From Nitrospirota bacterium (GTDB lineage: Bacteria; Nitrospirota; UBA9217), in the NCBI GenBank assembly GCA_963749655.1, contig CAVVOB010000022.1:149398-213397 (forward strand): a stretch of DNA of 64,000 nucleotides. The letters are read 5' to 3'. Each line of letters begins with the position of its first letter. Position 1 is the first letter of the stretch. The notes under the pieces are model-generated. The model had not been told where the DNA came from. It ran no database searches and saw only the letters and a program-made list of their open reading frames with translations. Made by a program: the position numbers and the translations under genes. This document shows, one piece after another, positions 62,155 to 64,000 of the stretch.

Positions 62155-62697
62155 ATGCTGCGAAGGGCGCCCGCCGTCGTCGTGATGCTGCTCGCGTCGT
62201 CGCTACCGGTCTCGGCCCAGACCTTGGCCAGGCCGCGGCCCGGGAGCGGGAACGCCGAGGGAGTCCGGTCGCCAGCACCTCGAAGGGCTTCACCGACGAC
62301 GACCCCCAGCGCTACGTCGGGCAGCGGCCTCCTGAGGCGCCGAGCGCACTCCCTTCCGACCAGACTCCGGCCCATTCCGACCGGACTCCGGCCGGGGGCT
62401 CCGGCTTCCGACCGGCCTCCGGCCGCTTCCGGCCCTCTCCTTGGCGGCGAGGCCCCGAGGCAGGACGTCTATGGGCGCCATCTGACCTCGGCTGAAGCCT
62501 ACTTGAGGCAATGCGAGGAGCGCCTGCGCACGGCCTGGCTGACAGCCGGCGAAGCGAGCCCGGCCGGCAACGCGGCGCAGCAGGCGCGCCGCATTGTGGA
62601 GAACGCGGCAGCGGCGCTCGGGCGCGCCAAGGCGTATCGCGACCGGGCCGAGGTTGCGGCGCAGGTGGCCGGGGCCCTGCCGGCGGGCCGGCCCTAG
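62155..62697 (+). CDS. Secreted hypothetical protein
   Basis: RBS GGAGGAG, signal peptide, helical C-terminus. The middle is probably frameshifted. Confidence 0.5.
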   Translation: MLRRAPAVVVMLLASSLPVSAQTLARPRPGSGNAEGVRSPAPRRASPTTTPSATSGSGLLRRRAHSLPTRLRPIPTGLRPGAPASDRPPAASGPLLGGEAPRQDVYGRHLTSAEAYLRQCEERLRTAWLTAGEASPAGNAAQQARRIVENAAAALGRAKAYRDRAEVAAQVAGALPAGRP

Positions 62698-63290
62698 TCG
62701 GTCGAGCGGATGGTCTTGAACTCGCCCGTGGCCGGAGGCGCCTGCTCCAGGTGAACGATCCCGTTGGCGTCCCGCCACTGGTAGTAGACGCGGGGCCGCT
62801 TGACGACCGGGGACGCCGGCTGGGACACAGGGGCCTTGCGAGGCGTCTCGCCCGGCACGATGAAGAGCGGGGCGGCTACGGCGACGGCGTGCACGGCGTC
62901 CACGACGCTTCCAGGAGGGCGTTCGCCTTGCGAACGTAGTCCCGGGTCTCCCGGAAGGGCGGGATCCCGCCGTAGCGGGCCACTGCGCCTTCGCCGGCGT
63001 TGTAGGCCGCGGCCGAGGGAGATGTCCTCACCGAAAGTGTCCAGCAGGATCCGCAGGTAGCGGGTGCCGGCGAAGATGTTCTGGCGGGCGTCGAAGCTGT
63101 CAGTCACGCCGAACCTGCGCGCGGTGGCGGGCATGAGCTACGTCATCCGCGCCCCAGCGGTGGAGACCGCCAGCCGGTCGAAGTCGGACTCCACCTGGAT
63201 GATGGCCCGCACCGATCCCGGCTCACGCCGTGCAGGGTCGCCGCGGCAGAGATGTGGGCGTCGAACTCGGCATTCGACGAAGCGCGCATG
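62694..63290 (-). CDS. Lytic transglycosylase (SLT) + DUF4124-like protein, frameshifted
   Basis: RAIIQVESDFD, LMPATARRFGV, QNIFAGTRYL, AAYNAG, YYQWRDANGIVH. Confidence 0.8.
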
Positions 63291-63634
63291 CTGAAGCCAG
63301 AAGAGTGCATTAGCGTCCCCTTGCTGCCGGGTCAGCGAGCGAAATCCTGGAGGCTGGACGGGAAGTCCGTGGCCTCCGGCGCACCTCTACTGTTGATGCG
63401 GGTGTAACGTCCGCGCGCGCGCCGTCTGCGCGCCGACCGTGAGGAAGCGACCGCCAGTGCGACGCCAGCGGCCGCGCGGCGATTGGCATGCCGCCGGTCG
63501 AGGCCCACGCGTTCCGCGCTCCGGCGCTGGACCTTCCGCCGCTCCGCCGCGCGCCGCTCCGTCCCTTGGCCATTCCTCAAACTCCCGCCGGGTCGTGGCG
63601 CGCGAATCGCGCGCCACGCCGTCAGGGCACCCGA

Positions 63635-63880
63635 CTACCGCACGTGGGCCACCCGATTGAAGACGCCAAGTGCGCGCAACAGCCCGATCAGCAAGGCTGC
63701 GCCCAGAACGGCGACGACCCAGGACGCGGGCGTCGTGTGAGCCCGCACCCCCAGCGCATTCGCGACGAAGACGCGAAACGACCCGACGATGCCGACGATG
63801 ATGTTGGCCACGATCCCCATCTGAGCGTTCGTCTTCGTCAGGATGCTCGCCAGCGAGCCGACGACGCCGCCGATGATGCG
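63635..63880 (-). CDS. GlsB/YeaQ/YmgE transglycosylase-associated membrane protein (5' end degraded)
   Basis: IIGGVVGSLAS...MGIVANIIVGIVGS...AVLGAALLI. Confidence 0.75.
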   Translation of the reverse strand, partial: RIIGGVVGSLASILTKTNAQMGIVANIIVGIVGSFRVFVANALGVRAHTTPASWVVAVLGAALLIGLLRALGVFNRVAHVR

Positions 63881-64000
63881 AGTCCGCGGTATCGAGTTCG
63901 TCGATGCTCGATCCACTTCACCCTCCTCGCGGAGTCCTCGTGCCCACTCACACCGCTCGCTTCGACAGTGGAACCCCGCATCCGTAGCTTGGCCCGCCCG

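Noticed and set aside
8647-63290. Numerous frameshifts in the GH, peroxidase, activase, ABC, lon, lemA, PBP and SLT genes as programmed recoding or mass pseudogenisation
   Set aside because: They are scattered, hit housekeeping genes, lack shared slippery motifs and leave both sides well conserved, which fits long-read indel errors.

Overview
This window reads as two joined bacterial segments. The left part (1 to about 35.6 kb) has moderately high GC, AT-rich intergenic patches and dense short intergenic repeats (AATGCGG, CACGAAT, CGCAGAG); by gene style it looks Nitrospirota/deltaproteobacteria-like, which is an inference. It encodes a CE4 deacetylase in frame with a DUF4015 glycoside hydrolase. 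An accessory island at about 1.9-8.6 kb holds an EEP nuclease hit by a complete ISL3 with an 8-bp TSD, an orphan DUF4332 + MuF-motif gene pair, a REP-flanked PIN gene, a RAYT remnant and 44-bp direct repeats. Next come a UxxC selenocysteine DsbA-like gene beside an atypical diheme peroxidase and fdhE, a CoA-substrate activase, dcd, glk, signalling proteins and an ABC efflux operon. The right part (about 35.6-64 kb) is visibly GC-richer and lacks those repeats (Acidobacteriota-like by style, inference). It carries fucose and galactose utilisation genes, many gene relics (integrases, ParE, VapBC, S74 tail), an ABC exporter, a B12 radical SAM, MarR-lon, a Met-rich putative metal-binding cluster, LemA/TPM genes and cell-wall genes. 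The switch coincides with a ~49-bp inverted repeat. Many genes carry single-base frameshifts typical of an uncorrected long-read consensus, so most breaks are treated as errors. No rRNA, tRNA or CRISPR array was seen. The best candidates for something undescribed are the DUF4332 + MuF-motif pair (4834-6470) and the Sec-DsbA + variant diheme peroxidase module (10381-12217). All family calls come from motif recognition by eye, with no database searches.
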